NCBI GenBank assembly: GCA_023657465.1
Contig: JAGTJX010000003.1
Coordinates: 311,889 to 375,888 of the forward strand
Origin: Lysobacteraceae bacterium
GTDB taxonomy: Bacteria > Bdellovibrionota > UBA1018 > JAGTJX01
Direction of reading: 5' to 3'
Length of the DNA: 64,000 nt
The stretch's first letter is position 1. Every line of letters begins with the position of its first letter. The position numbers were made by a program, and so were the translations under genes. Below are positions 9,785-19,655 of this stretch, piece after piece. The notes under the pieces are model-generated. The model was not told where the DNA came from. It saw only the letters and a program-made list of their open reading frames with translations, and searched no databases.

Positions 9785-10141
9785 TTATATACCATCAATT
9801 AGCGCTTTTAATTCATTAAAATCAAATGGCTTACTGAGCACTGCTCGAGCCTGTTTCATGACCGCGTCGTTCTCTAACTCAGCGTAAGCAGTAACGAAAA
9901 TCACTGGTGTTTTTAAGCCTTTTTCTATCATTTTCTTGAACATTTCAGGTCCAGTGCCATCTCTCATACGGATGTCACTCACGACCACATCGATCTTCTT
10001 GGATTCCAAAACTTTGAGTGCGATATTGCCACTAGAAGCACTCTCAGTTGCAAAGCCCTCAAGGCTCAATCTGTCTGTGAGAATCTCTACCAAATCAGGT
10101 TCATCATCTACGACGAGAATTGTCTTTTTCGGAACGGTCAT
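9785..10141 (-). CDS. single-domain response regulator (CheY-like receiver)
   Basis: LVVDDEPDLVEIL...VVVSDIRMRDGTGPEMF...VIFVTAY...SKPFD receiver signature; 118 aa. Confidence 0.8.
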   Translation of the reverse strand: MTVPKKTILVVDDEPDLVEILTDRLSLEGFATESASSGNIALKVLESKKIDVVVSDIRMRDGTGPEMFKKMIEKGLKTPVIFVTAYAELENDAVMKQARAVLSKPFDFNELKALIDGI

Positions 10142-10268
10142 CTCTACATATTATCCTTCTATAAGCCCTTTTGAAATTTAAGTTTGCATATTTTTGAATC
10201 TCAGAGATGATTGCTCCAAGTATTACCGTCAAATTATTGATGACACATTCCCATGGGAGGGGATCTCT

Positions 10269-11702
10269 ATGAAGAACTACATGAAATTGATCGGATTATT
10301 TTCTCTATTACTATCTATAACTTCAAACTCTTACGCTGTTCCTATTGCAGTCATTGACTCAGGTACTGACTTCGAACACCCAGATCTCAAAGCCAACGCA
10401 TGGATCAATCCAGGCGATCAAGCCGACGATGGCAAGGATAACGAGCATAACGGAAAAACCGACGATATTCACGGTTGGAACTTCGCTGAGAATAATAAAA
10501 AGTTGATTGAAAGATCACTCTTAGGAACTTTCTCACCCGATGTTTACAAATACTTCGATGTTCAATTCAAGAAGATGGCTGGTACAGCTACTGTTGAAGA
10601 TATTGACTGGATGAAAGCTCGTAGACAGGATGCAAAATTCATTGAAGAGATGAACATCTACGGAAACTTCATGCACGGAACTCACGTTGCAGGAATTTCA
10701 TCTCACAACGCACCGAAGAACGAAATCATGGCGATCAAACTTCTTCCTACAGTAGTGAAGAAGCCAAAAGGCGATAAAGCTGTTCTCGATTGGGCTAACA
10801 AATTCAAGTTCCCAGTTTCCTCTCTCCTCACTGGTCTTGGAAAAGGCTTAAGCCCACAGATGATCGACATGATCATCAAACAAGGCCTCAAATCTCTTGC
10901 AGGCGCACAGAGCGAAATGCTCATTCCTGTAGGTAGATACGTGAGACTCTCTGGAGCTAAAGTTGCAAACTGCTCATTCGGCTCTAGTCCTCGAATGATT
11001 CAGATGTTGCTTGGTCAGCTTTTCAAAGCAATCTTCAAAAAAGATATGCCTGAGAAGGAACTACGTACTTACACTTCATTCTTCATGAAGGAGCTCTCTG
11101 AGCAAGGTCGCAAATTCTCTGTGATTGCAACGAAGACATTGTTTGTGATCGCAGCGGGTAACGACGCTGAGAACAACGACGAGATGCCTTCTTATCCTGC
11201 AGGTATCAGACGCCACAACGCAATCACAGTTGCAGCGACATTCGGAGTTTCTCAACTCGCTGAGTTCTCCAACTACGGCAAGAATACTGTCGAAGTTGCA
11301 GCACCAGGTGTTGCGATTCTATCGAGTGAGCCAGGCACCGGTCACGTTCGCGTGAGCGGAACTAGTCAAGCTGCTCCGTTTGTGACTAACGTTGCAGGAC
11401 GCATCTTGGACCAGAATCCAGCTCTCACTCCTGAAGAAGTGAAGTCTGTACTCATGGGCACTGTGGATTTCAAAGAATCACTCAAAGACAAAGTCGTCTC
11501 TGGTGGTGTCGTGAATCCAGAACGCGCAGTATTGGCAGCTGAACTCAGCCGCGGAATGAATCTCACCGATGCAATGAACAAAGCACGCTTGAATGTAATG
11601 GACGTTGCTGAAACCATGATTCTGCCTCAGGTGAAGAAGCCAGGAGAGCATGTGGTTCAAGCTTCTGAACTCATGATTCCACAGTTCATTCGCTACGAGT
11701 AA
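10269..11702 (+). CDS. secreted subtilisin-like serine protease (peptidase S8)
   Basis: Catalytic triad motifs VIDSGTDFEHPDL (Asp), HGTHVAGI (His) and GTSQAAPFV (Ser). The signal peptide MKNYMKLIGLFSLLLSITSNSYA follows the SD GGGAGGGG. The track start at 10194 was rejected. Confidence 0.85.
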   Translation: MKNYMKLIGLFSLLLSITSNSYAVPIAVIDSGTDFEHPDLKANAWINPGDQADDGKDNEHNGKTDDIHGWNFAENNKKLIERSLLGTFSPDVYKYFDVQFKKMAGTATVEDIDWMKARRQDAKFIEEMNIYGNFMHGTHVAGISSHNAPKNEIMAIKLLPTVVKKPKGDKAVLDWANKFKFPVSSLLTGLGKGLSPQMIDMIIKQGLKSLAGAQSEMLIPVGRYVRLSGAKVANCSFGSSPRMIQMLLGQLFKAIFKKDMPEKELRTYTSFFMKELSEQGRKFSVIATKTLFVIAAGNDAENNDEMPSYPAGIRRHNAITVAATFGVSQLAEFSNYGKNTVEVAAPGVAILSSEPGTGHVRVSGTSQAAPFVTNVAGRILDQNPALTPEEVKSVLMGTVDFKESLKDKVVSGGVVNPERAVLAAELSRGMNLTDAMNKARLNVMDVAETMILPQVKKPGEHVVQASELMIPQFIRYE

Positions 11703-11710
11703 GACTGTTA

Positions 11711-12577
11711 ATGAATTTTCTCGTCACTGGATCGTCAACTGGAATTGGATATTACACTGCAGAAAGACTCGCACGACGAGGCTTCCAAGTGTTCGCCACA
11801 GTGAGACGATCCAGTGATGTAGACAAACTCAAGCAAGTCTCCCCCCTCATTCATCCGATTATTTGTGATGTAGCAGTGAAGAGCACCATTGCTCCTGCTA
11901 TCGAAGAATTAAAATCCAAAACCGGAGGGCTCCTTCATGGATTGGTAAACAATGCCGGAATCGCACTCGGTGGCCCTTTGGAATTCTTTCCTGTCTCTGA
12001 AATCAGAAAAGTTTTTGAAGTGAATGTATTCGGACTTCTTGAGATGACTCAGGCATGCATTCCACTCTTGAGACAGGCAGCTCAGCAGAACAAACGCAGA
12101 TGGCCCGCTCGTATCGTGAACGTCTCATCTGTCAGTGGATTAGTGGCGATGCCACTCATGGGACCTTACTCAGGATCCAAGTTTGCACTCGAAGCTCTCT
12201 CTGATTCGATGCGTGTGGAACTCCGAGGCGCAGGTATTCATGTTTCACTCGTAGAGCCTGGAGTCACTGCTACACCGATCTGGGAAACAACTCTCTGTCA
12301 AGCGAAGAAGATCAGACAAGCACTGCCGCATGAAGCAGAACCCAAGTATGGAAGAATGCTCGATCGCTTCGAGGCATTCTCAGTTTATAGAGGTCCAAGG
12401 GGAGCCCATCCCAATTCTATTGCGAGAGTCATTGAGCGTGCGCTTCTCTCACCCTTTCCACGAGCACGTTACTTCTGCGGTGGAACACAAGGAAACATTC
12501 AGAGAGTACTCTCACTACTTCCCAAGTCAGTTAATGACAGATTTTTCGCGAGAGCTATTGGTACCAGCGAAGGTTAA
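11711..12577 (+). CDS. SDR-family oxidoreductase
   Basis: TGSSTGIGYYTA cofactor motif, NNAG, and YSGSKFALEAL catalytic Tyr-x3-Lys. Confidence 0.8.
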   Translation: MNFLVTGSSTGIGYYTAERLARRGFQVFATVRRSSDVDKLKQVSPLIHPIICDVAVKSTIAPAIEELKSKTGGLLHGLVNNAGIALGGPLEFFPVSEIRKVFEVNVFGLLEMTQACIPLLRQAAQQNKRRWPARIVNVSSVSGLVAMPLMGPYSGSKFALEALSDSMRVELRGAGIHVSLVEPGVTATPIWETTLCQAKKIRQALPHEAEPKYGRMLDRFEAFSVYRGPRGAHPNSIARVIERALLSPFPRARYFCGGTQGNIQRVLSLLPKSVNDRFFARAIGTSEG

Positions 12578-12767
12578 TCTCTAATAATCGAACGACTTTT
12601 ACAGTTTAAGAAAATAGTTTTTCCATTATTAATTTCAATCCAAGAATCTGTAGGCTCATCTAAATACACAATGCCTTCTATTTTTGTTCTTGATGTACCA
12701 GAGTTAAATTTAAACATGACATCTTCTAACTCTGATTTCACGCGAAAGTGATACGAATTTTTGCGTC

Positions 12768-12796
12768 AAAAAAAACGCGCGTTATTTTCTGCGCGC
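12768..12796 (-). terminator. orphan rho-independent terminator-like hairpin oriented on the minus strand
   Basis: On the minus strand it reads GCGCGCAGAAAATAACGCGCG followed by T8. No minus-strand gene ends here. Confidence 0.3.
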
Positions 12797-12890
12797 ACCG
12801 CAATGCTTGGATGTGTCAATTGATTTATTTATCAACACCCTTTACTCTGTACACAACATAAGTTACTTCCTCTCGCAAGGGAGAAATTAA

Positions 12891-13559
12891 ATGAAAAACC
12901 AAACCAAGTTGTTAGTTTTATTAGTCGCACTCACAACAGTGAGCGCATTCGCAAAAGATGACATCGTAAAAAATGCACGCAAAGGTGACGTTGCATCTCA
13001 GTATATTCTGGATCCAAGCGGAAACTTGTTCCGTACTGTTGGAAATAACAAATGCCAAATCACAAACAACGTAGAGGATATAAAAATCTCTGCTCACCCA
13101 CAAGACAAAGCGATGATATACTTCATCAAGAACTCTGACCTCTATGTTCTTCACAATGCAGACAGAACTGGCCAATGTCCAAAAGCGAGCACTAAAGTAA
13201 TTACTTCTAATGTAGCTCACTCTTACAACAAGAAAACCAAAGAGAATTCAAACTATCGTTACAACGTAGTTTCAAACACAAAAACTCTCGTAGTGAATGT
13301 GGTTCTTGATAGCTATGGAAACCTTGAAGTTTGGGGCGATGTGAAGAAACTCGGATACCAAGACGGCATTGTTGATTACTCTATGTACAACTACTACAAC
13401 GTCAAAGGTAAGCCATTCAGCAGCTACGTGCTCTTCGCACTCATGAACAATGGTTGTATCTTAAAAGTAGATGGCGACAATGTAGCCCAGTCTAAAACAG
13501 ACTGTGAACGCAAATGGTCCAGCATCAAAGAATTCAAAGACAACAAATCATTGAACTAA
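12891..13559 (+). CDS. secreted hypothetical protein
   Basis: Signal peptide MKNQTKLLVLLVALTTVSAFA. The gene body is AT-rich and has no recognised domain. Confidence 0.5.
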   Translation: MKNQTKLLVLLVALTTVSAFAKDDIVKNARKGDVASQYILDPSGNLFRTVGNNKCQITNNVEDIKISAHPQDKAMIYFIKNSDLYVLHNADRTGQCPKASTKVITSNVAHSYNKKTKENSNYRYNVVSNTKTLVVNVVLDSYGNLEVWGDVKKLGYQDGIVDYSMYNYYNVKGKPFSSYVLFALMNNGCILKVDGDNVAQSKTDCERKWSSIKEFKDNKSLN

Positions 13560-13580
13560 ATTGTTAGGATTCTAAAAATT

Positions 13581-13616
13581 TAAAGCCGACTCTGATTCCG
13601 AGTCGGCTTTTTTTAT
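13581..13616. terminator. bidirectional rho-independent terminator between convergent genes
   Basis: AAAGCCGACTC-TGATTCC-GAGTCGGCT followed by T7 and preceded by an A-run. It sits between the 12891..13559(+) and msrB(-) genes. Confidence 0.65.
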
Positions 13617-13621
13617 GAAAT

Positions 13622-14131
13622 TTATTTTTTATTGAAAAGTGTTTTGAAAACCGAATAGTCATTTCCGTTAATCCCTTTTTTATCAAGATCTTCTTTAGGA
13701 ATGAACTTAAGAGAAGCGGAGTTAATACAGTATCTCAGCCCCCCCGCTTGTTTAGGACCATCAGTGAACACATGACCTAAGTGTGACTCACCCTCTTTTG
13801 ACTTCACTTCAGTACGGATCATTCCATGAGATTCATCTGCTTTAGTCATCACATGAGATTGATCGATGGGTTTTGTAAAACTAGGCCAGCCACTACCAGA
13901 CTCAAACTTATCTTGCGACGAGAAGAGCGGCTCGCCTGTCACCACATCCACATAGATGCCTTCTTTATGATTATCCCAGTATTCGTTCTTAAACGGGGGC
14001 TCCGTGCCACAACCTTGGGTGACATGAAACTGCTCAGGTGTGAGGATCTTCTTCAGTTCAGCTTCTGATGGTTTCTTATAGTTCTGTGCCATAGCGACTC
14101 CATTAATGAGGATTAGAAAATAGATCTGCAT
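13622..14131 (-). CDS. msrB: peptide-methionine (R)-S-oxide reductase MsrB, probably periplasmic
   Basis: GWPSF and HLGHVF SelR motifs. The likely start is at [15 protein letters not shown] (signal-peptide-like), not the upstream track start at 14191. Confidence 0.85.
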   Translation of the reverse strand: MQIYFLILINGVAMAQNYKKPSEAELKKILTPEQFHVTQGCGTEPPFKNEYWDNHKEGIYVDVVTGEPLFSSQDKFESGSGWPSFTKPIDQSHVMTKADESHGMIRTEVKSKEGESHLGHVFTDGPKQAGGLRYCINSASLKFIPKEDLDKKGINGNDYSVFKTLFNKK

Positions 14132-14215
14132 CACAATACAATGCCACGTATTAGTCGTTGACATGGCGCAACATTTCATCATGAATGCCACTCAAGCGAA
14201 TCAGAGTGATTTCAC

Positions 14216-14428
14216 TTGAAAACATTCATTTTTTTAGCACTTTTTGCATCTTCAATCACCGCTCAGGCAGCCTCTGACTACATCAAGATAATTGGTTTCC
14301 ATGGTGAGAACGAAGAACAAACCAAGGCTGATTGCAAAGTGATTGAGGCTCAAGTTCGAGAAAGAAGGGGTAACGGAAGAATCGGGTATGTAAAAATTCT
14401 AAATGAACGTCATAAAAACATCTCTTGA
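14216..14428 (+). CDS. small secreted hypothetical protein
   Basis: 70 aa with signal peptide MKTFIFLALFASSITAQA. Confidence 0.35.
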   Translation: MKTFIFLALFASSITAQAASDYIKIIGFHGENEEQTKADCKVIEAQVRERRGNGRIGYVKILNERHKNIS

Positions 14429-14583
14429 AATGCGTCGCATTTTTCATTTAAGCTCATTAAAGCTAGGGAGTGGCCTTAACCACAAGCCATCTCGAGCCTA
14501 ATCCACCTTAAATATCAAAACGCTTTCATTCAAGATAAAACTTAATCATATCAATGATTTAGCTCATTGAGTCATTATTTCTC

Positions 14584-14614
14584 TTGACAGTCACCGTGTA
14601 TTTAATGTTAAGAT
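14584..14614 (+). promoter_or_regulatory. candidate sigma-70 promoter (TTGACA ... TAAGAT) for the 14640-17901 operon
   Basis: TTGACA at 14584 and an A/T-rich -10-like TGTTAAGAT. The spacer is slightly long. A strong RBS AAGGAG lies before the ATG at 14640. Confidence 0.25.
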
Positions 14615-14639
14615 ATCTTAACACATAAAGGAGTTATGT

Positions 14640-15488
14640 ATGATCAGACAGGATGTCCGAATCTTCGCATTAATAGCGGTGGCTATCACAGCTACTGCGT
14701 GCGGAAAAAACACTAATAGTCTCGTAAAGAAAGTGGCTGCTCAGGCTACAACAATGAATGGAGACATATATGCAGCAGTCAGTGCAGATCTCAATACTGA
14801 GACCTACTCTGTTGCTGCGTTTTCTCTGCCCATTATCGACCCCAATAATCCAGCGATCCAGTACGGATCTATTAGTCTCAAGCCCAATGCCATCGGCGGC
14901 GGTGGACGGATTGTTATTTCAGTCAATGTAAGCAAAGCAGCTCATATCAATTCATCGGTCGCAACCACACTACCGAATGGAACTGCATTCCCGCTAGGTC
15001 TTCCTCCTACCGATAATCTGGTAGCTATCCCGATCGGTAACAACGGAGCCAAACTCTACGTTCTCATGGGTGCAAACACGCTCATGATTGGAACCGCGAT
15101 CCCCTTCTCAGCTCTGAATGATGTCGGAAGATATGTACCTGGAGTGAACGTGTTCTCTTCAGTTTCATTCGGCAAGATCAACTCATTCATCGGTGTGTTT
15201 GCTGGGAGTGAAATCAATCAGACAGGTCTAGGTATTTTCGCTGACCTCTCACAGATTCTACCGAATCAACCGACAGTGGCTCCAGAAGTCATTGCAAGTT
15301 CAGAATCTAGTAGTGTCTCAGCTGTCAGTGGTGAATCTCAAGCTTCGAGCAGTGGAGCCTCAAGCACTCCTGTCGTGAAGATCACTCTTAATGGATCCGC
15401 TCAGGGTTCTAAAGAAACCCAGAGACAACTTGCGTACCACTTATGGCGCGTGAGCGAAGAAGGACCTGCTGTCCTTAGGTACCGATAA
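14640..15488 (+). CDS. lipoprotein, function unknown
   Basis: Lipobox-like LIAVAITATAC|GK. The C-terminal half is Ser-rich. Confidence 0.6.
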   Translation: MIRQDVRIFALIAVAITATACGKNTNSLVKKVAAQATTMNGDIYAAVSADLNTETYSVAAFSLPIIDPNNPAIQYGSISLKPNAIGGGGRIVISVNVSKAAHINSSVATTLPNGTAFPLGLPPTDNLVAIPIGNNGAKLYVLMGANTLMIGTAIPFSALNDVGRYVPGVNVFSSVSFGKINSFIGVFAGSEINQTGLGIFADLSQILPNQPTVAPEVIASSESSSVSAVSGESQASSSGASSTPVVKITLNGSAQGSKETQRQLAYHLWRVSEEGPAVLRYR

Positions 15489-16270
15489 TGTTCCTCATCG
15501 TTTTTATGGTAGCCACATCTGCACACTCTGCAGATGTGGTAAACCAATCCCAAACTGAAAATGTCTTGGGCAGAGCTATGGGCGCCACTACAACATCCAG
15601 TGCACCTGAAGGATTACAACGCCTGAAATCCTCGACTGCACTCGTTGTCCTAGGGAAGATCATTCCCGCTCTTCAAGCTATCGGAGGAGTACCTAGTCTA
15701 CCGAACGAGCCAGGAACTCTTGAGTACTATTCTTTTGGCAAAAGAATTTTCGCTGAAAGCTCTTATTCAAAAGGGAATGGATTCCTTCAAGCAGAAGTAG
15801 GTCTTGCTCCTGTAGAAGTCAGAGTGCCCATCATTAAGTATCCCATTGGTCCCCTTGTTCTGGGTATCGATGGAGGCGTGAGATTCCAAGCTCAAGTACG
15901 AGGTCAGATTCAACCCACGATCTGGACCAATCCAGTGAGTAACTCCATCATCAACATGAAGATCTCAGGCAATGCAGCGGGACAAGCGTTCTTAGAAGGC
16001 TCCGCTCAACTCGTCGTTCTTCGTGGCGGATTGGGTGGAGACGTCGAGCTCATCGACGGCAAAATTGATTTGGATTCTAGTTTTTATTTTAACGGTACGA
16101 GTCCGCAAGCCCAGCTCTCTACTCTTGTTCAGATGATGTACGGAGGATTCTATGCCTTTGCAGATGTCTTCAACGTTTTCGGATGGAAATGGAAACGTTT
16201 TTGGAAAGCAGACCTCTTCACCTGGAAGGGCAAGTGCTTTTCGTCAGGAAAACTATCTTGTACAAATTAA
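15488..16270 (+). CDS. secreted hypothetical protein
   Basis: Signal peptide MFLIVFMVATSAHSA. TAATG stop/start overlap with the upstream gene. Confidence 0.5.
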   Translation: MFLIVFMVATSAHSADVVNQSQTENVLGRAMGATTTSSAPEGLQRLKSSTALVVLGKIIPALQAIGGVPSLPNEPGTLEYYSFGKRIFAESSYSKGNGFLQAEVGLAPVEVRVPIIKYPIGPLVLGIDGGVRFQAQVRGQIQPTIWTNPVSNSIINMKISGNAAGQAFLEGSAQLVVLRGGLGGDVELIDGKIDLDSSFYFNGTSPQAQLSTLVQMMYGGFYAFADVFNVFGWKWKRFWKADLFTWKGKCFSSGKLSCTN

Positions 16271-17901
16271 AAATCGTTCTTGCGATCACTCTCCTCACCA
16301 GCGTGGGAGTGCTGATCGTGGGATCACACAAAACCGAAGAACCGTCCAGTCATATTGAGCGAGATGATCGCACACCTGCGTCCCGATTGAAATGCTCTCT
16401 TCATTCCCTTGAGTTTGCACCGAAACCGGGAATGAACTACACCTATTCTTACTCACGCAAAATAGACTTTCATGGAAGCTCAATCGAACCAGTCTTCTAC
16501 CATGGAGACCTCATTGTCTCTGTTATTAAGACTAACGATAAAGGATTTGAAGCCATCGTTCAGAATTTAATCACTGAGAATCAAGATCATTCACATATAA
16601 GTTTAAGAGTACTGGTGTCTACAAACGGAGAAGACATTACTTTGTTTCAGAGTCACTCTCTTCAGCCTGACGAAAACCAAAGCATCTCCATTCTGAAGGA
16701 CATGATCTCACTTCTGATTTTCTCGTCACAGGAAGATACTACTGGAAAGTATCACTCAGAAATGAAGCTAGAAAGTGAGAGCAGTGAGCTTAGGAATTTT
16801 GTAAAAACAAAACTCACTTACATTGCTCAGAATTCACCGACTCCTGCCATACTCAAATCCAAACATGATCTCATTTGGGATTCTCATTTAGGAATGCCTC
16901 TAACCCTTTCTGGCGATGAACTCACCCAATTCGGTAATCTCACAATTCAAATCCTAGCAAGCTATCAGATCAATCTCACTCACGTGAATCAGAGTTCAAA
17001 CATCGATCCACTCATCTCATCACTGACAGAGAATACCCCTCTCGCACTAGAACTTGATACTAACGAAAAAACAGATGAGAAACTTCTTCATACAATGCAA
17101 CAGGCGAAGGCGATGGATTGGGAAGTGATCACTCAAAAACTCAATCAAATTGAAGTGCTCAATTCTCAAGAGCAACTCAAAGTCTTCGGTGAACTGGTCA
17201 AATCTCTCAAAGCTGGAAAAACCAGAGTCACCGGACTCATGGATTTCCTCAAGACAAAGAATGTTCTTAAGCAAGGTGAGAAGTCTGCGATCTTCAAAAC
17301 ATCGACTGGCGCTCTGGCTTCCCTGGGTACTCCAGAGGCACAATCTGCGCTGATTGAGATTTATAATGATCCAGCAGTCCCCACCTCGGGTCGCGGGACT
17401 ATCCTCTCTGCACTCACAACCATGTCATCACCGCAGACGCCCGAAACGCAGAAACAACTGATTGAAACAGTGAAGAATGAATCCAACCCTAATCTCTCGC
17501 TCGGTGCTGCCTACGCTGTGAGCGCTTTTCCAACAGCTCCAGTCGTAGAACTCATTCGCGATATGAAGCATGAACAGCTTGAAACCGCAATCGATATGAT
17601 TGGAAACAGTGGGAGTGAGAAGTTTCTTCCTGATCTAACTAAAATCATTACTGGGGACAATCCCACTTCAGTTAGAGCTAAAGCTGTGTTTGCATTAAGA
17701 TCCATTCCAGGTGTTTCAGCTGCTCAATTCCTAGGTCAGTGTTTAAGCGATCATGATGTTCAAGTTCGTGAATCAGCAATCGATGTTATCCTCAGCACTC
17801 CCTGGACGAGTCACTATAGTGCAGCCATTAATAACTGCATATCTCAAGAGACGAATAGGTATATACGTTCTCAGTGCATCAAAGCTCATCCGAGCAGCTA
17901 A
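16183..17901 (+). CDS. membrane-anchored protein with C-terminal HEAT/PBS-lyase-like repeats
   Basis: TM segment IVLAITLLTSVGVLIV. C-terminal repeats such as VRAKAVFALRSIPGVSAAQFLGQCLSDHDVQVRESAIDVI. An alternative TTG start at 16258 with SD AGGAAA would remove the 88-nt overlap with the upstream gene. Confidence 0.5.
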   Translation: MEMETFLESRPLHLEGQVLFVRKTILYKLKIVLAITLLTSVGVLIVGSHKTEEPSSHIERDDRTPASRLKCSLHSLEFAPKPGMNYTYSYSRKIDFHGSSIEPVFYHGDLIVSVIKTNDKGFEAIVQNLITENQDHSHISLRVLVSTNGEDITLFQSHSLQPDENQSISILKDMISLLIFSSQEDTTGKYHSEMKLESESSELRNFVKTKLTYIAQNSPTPAILKSKHDLIWDSHLGMPLTLSGDELTQFGNLTIQILASYQINLTHVNQSSNIDPLISSLTENTPLALELDTNEKTDEKLLHTMQQAKAMDWEVITQKLNQIEVLNSQEQLKVFGELVKSLKAGKTRVTGLMDFLKTKNVLKQGEKSAIFKTSTGALASLGTPEAQSALIEIYNDPAVPTSGRGTILSALTTMSSPQTPETQKQLIETVKNESNPNLSLGAAYAVSAFPTAPVVELIRDMKHEQLETAIDMIGNSGSEKFLPDLTKIITGDNPTSVRAKAVFALRSIPGVSAAQFLGQCLSDHDVQVRESAIDVILSTPWTSHYSAAINNCISQETNRYIRSQCIKAHPSS

Positions 17902-18185
17902 AGCTTCCGTCTGAAATAGATCTTTCCGAATATTTCTGTGTAAAGTGAGCTCAAAATTATTCCCAAGAAAATATAAAGAGCATCAAGTTCCGCATAGAAA
18001 ACATAAATGAGAGCAAGCAAAGTCAGCATTCCAATTGTCGCTTTGTGAGCGAATTCAAGACTCTTCAATTGAATGAGCTCTTCACGCTCGTCCTTCACTC
18101 GTCTTGAATCCCAAAAATCAAAACCCAAATAAATCGCTACACTCAGAATTGCAATGCTTCGAATGATCGTTGCCAAATCGTTCAT
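17898..18185 (-). CDS. small two-TM membrane protein, partner of the XRE regulator
   Basis: 95 aa with two hydrophobic helices. It overlaps the stop of the upstream HTH gene. Confidence 0.5.
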   Translation of the reverse strand: MNDLATIIRSIAILSVAIYLGFDFWDSRRVKDEREELIQLKSLEFAHKATIGMLTLLALIYVFYAELDALYIFLGIILSSLYTEIFGKIYFRRKL

Positions 18186-18388
18186 TTGTCCTCCAGGTAA
18201 AATAAATCTTCGACTTTGGTATTTAAAACACGTGCAAGTTTAAGCGCGAGTTCAATGGAAGGCACAAACTTACTGCTCTCAATGGAATGGATTGTTTGTC
18301 TTGAACACGAGATTTTATCCGCCAACTCCTGTTGCGTCAGATCACCGTTAGTCACACGAGCGATCTTCACCTTGTTCTTAAGCTCCAT
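18182..18388 (-). CDS. XRE-family HTH transcriptional regulator (YozG-like, 68 aa)
   Basis: LTQQELADKISCSRQTIHSIESSKFVPSIELALKLARVL HTH_3 signature. Confidence 0.75.
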   Translation of the reverse strand: MELKNKVKIARVTNGDLTQQELADKISCSRQTIHSIESSKFVPSIELALKLARVLNTKVEDLFYLEDK

Positions 18389-18447
18389 TATTTAAAGAGT
18401 ACTTCAAGCTTGACTTTATGTAAAGCATACTTTACTTTATTATAAGT

Positions 18448-19044
18448 ATGAAAGACAAATTATTGAAAATTAAGGCAAATATCCCGTTCTTAGTTGCGAT
18501 GAGCTTCTTCATTCTCGTTCGCTCTACATTTGCGAACTACTACATCGTTCCTAGTGGATCTATGGAACCCACGATTGCCATTGGAGATCGAATCTTCGTC
18601 AATCGTGTTGCTTATGACCTGAAGGTTCCACTCACAAACATCATTCTCAAAAACCTAGATGAACCCAAGCGTGGGGACATCGTTGTATTTGAATCACCCG
18701 TTAAACCTGGACTTACTCTGGTGAAACGTTTGGTTGCATTACCAGGAGATGATGTTCTGATCGAAAATGGATTCCTATTCATCAATGGAAAACCAGGAGA
18801 ATTCGAAAACCACGTCAAAAGAATTCCAGAATACTTTAGACCCGAGTCACGACACTTCATAGTACCCGAAGGTCAGTACTTTATGATGGGAGATAATCGT
18901 GACAACTCAGCTGATGGACGAGTGTTTGGTTTTGTTAAACGAGAGCTACTCATGGGCAGAGCTTCACGAGTGCTTTTCTCAGTCGATCTTCATCAGAATT
19001 TCTCTCGGATAGTGGCCTGGAATAGAATTGGCAAGAGTCTCTGA
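18448..19044 (+). CDS. lepB: signal peptidase I
   Basis: S26 motifs SGSMEPTI (Ser box), VKRLVALPGD and GDNRDNSADGR. Confidence 0.85.
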   Translation: MKDKLLKIKANIPFLVAMSFFILVRSTFANYYIVPSGSMEPTIAIGDRIFVNRVAYDLKVPLTNIILKNLDEPKRGDIVVFESPVKPGLTLVKRLVALPGDDVLIENGFLFINGKPGEFENHVKRIPEYFRPESRHFIVPEGQYFMMGDNRDNSADGRVFGFVKRELLMGRASRVLFSVDLHQNFSRIVAWNRIGKSL

Positions 19045-19062
19045 TTCAGGGATACCTGAATA

Positions 19063-19079
19063 AATAATAATAATAATAA
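19063..19079. repeat. (AAT)n microsatellite, ~5.7 units
   Basis: AATAATAATAATAATAA is preceded by the palindrome TTCAGGGATACCTGAA (19045-19060), which lies immediately after the lepB stop. Confidence 0.6.
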
Positions 19080-19089
19080 ATTTTAAAGA

Positions 19090-19392
19090 CTATGGGCAAT
19101 AGTAATTAAAACTCTGCCAAGCCCAGTAATAGTTTCCATTACTGTCTCTGACTTTAGTATAGCCTGTGCACTCAACGCTTCTATATGGATTCACATACCA
19201 AGAGCAAGCACTTGAAGTATCGCCGCTACCATAAACGTAACTTGAACCGTATACAGCACAGGAAATCTTGCCGATATACTGGCCGTAAACATTGTAACAA
19301 GCAGTATGAGCATAGCATGAAGAGTAGCTCGTAGATTGAGCTACAGCATGAGGATTTGATAAATTAACTAACAATAAAAACGTTGCAAACAT
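19090..19392 (-). CDS. small secreted Cys/Tyr-rich protein (8 Cys)
   Basis: Signal peptide MFATFLLLVNLSNPHAVA. The mature ~80 aa region is rich in Cys, Tyr, Ser and Gly. Confidence 0.5.
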   Translation of the reverse strand: MFATFLLLVNLSNPHAVAQSTSYSSCYAHTACYNVYGQYIGKISCAVYGSSYVYGSGDTSSACSWYVNPYRSVECTGYTKVRDSNGNYYWAWQSFNYYCP

Positions 19393-19655
19393 TTCAGTAA
19401 CTTCTCCCTAATTGATGTTGATACGCGTGAATTATAGAAATTTACGAAACGAGTCAATATTAAATTGAGTAAATGTAAAAAAAATCGATTTTAAACCCGT
19501 ACTTTGTTCCTTATGAAGATGTGGCATGTACATTAAAGTCTGCAGGTGGCTCTTGCGATGTGATCTAATCACCTAATCAAGGCACTGCTTCCAACTTGGT
19601 CTACTCGATTCACGATGCAGTAGCTGCAGGAGAATAATCTAGTGTCATTAAACCA

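Noticed and set aside
10194-10268. Upstream extension of the S8 protease ORF
   Set aside because: The signal peptide begins at 10269 and is preceded by a strong SD. The extension has no RBS.
13826-14068. 80-aa plus-strand ORF
   Set aside because: It lies antisense within msrB.
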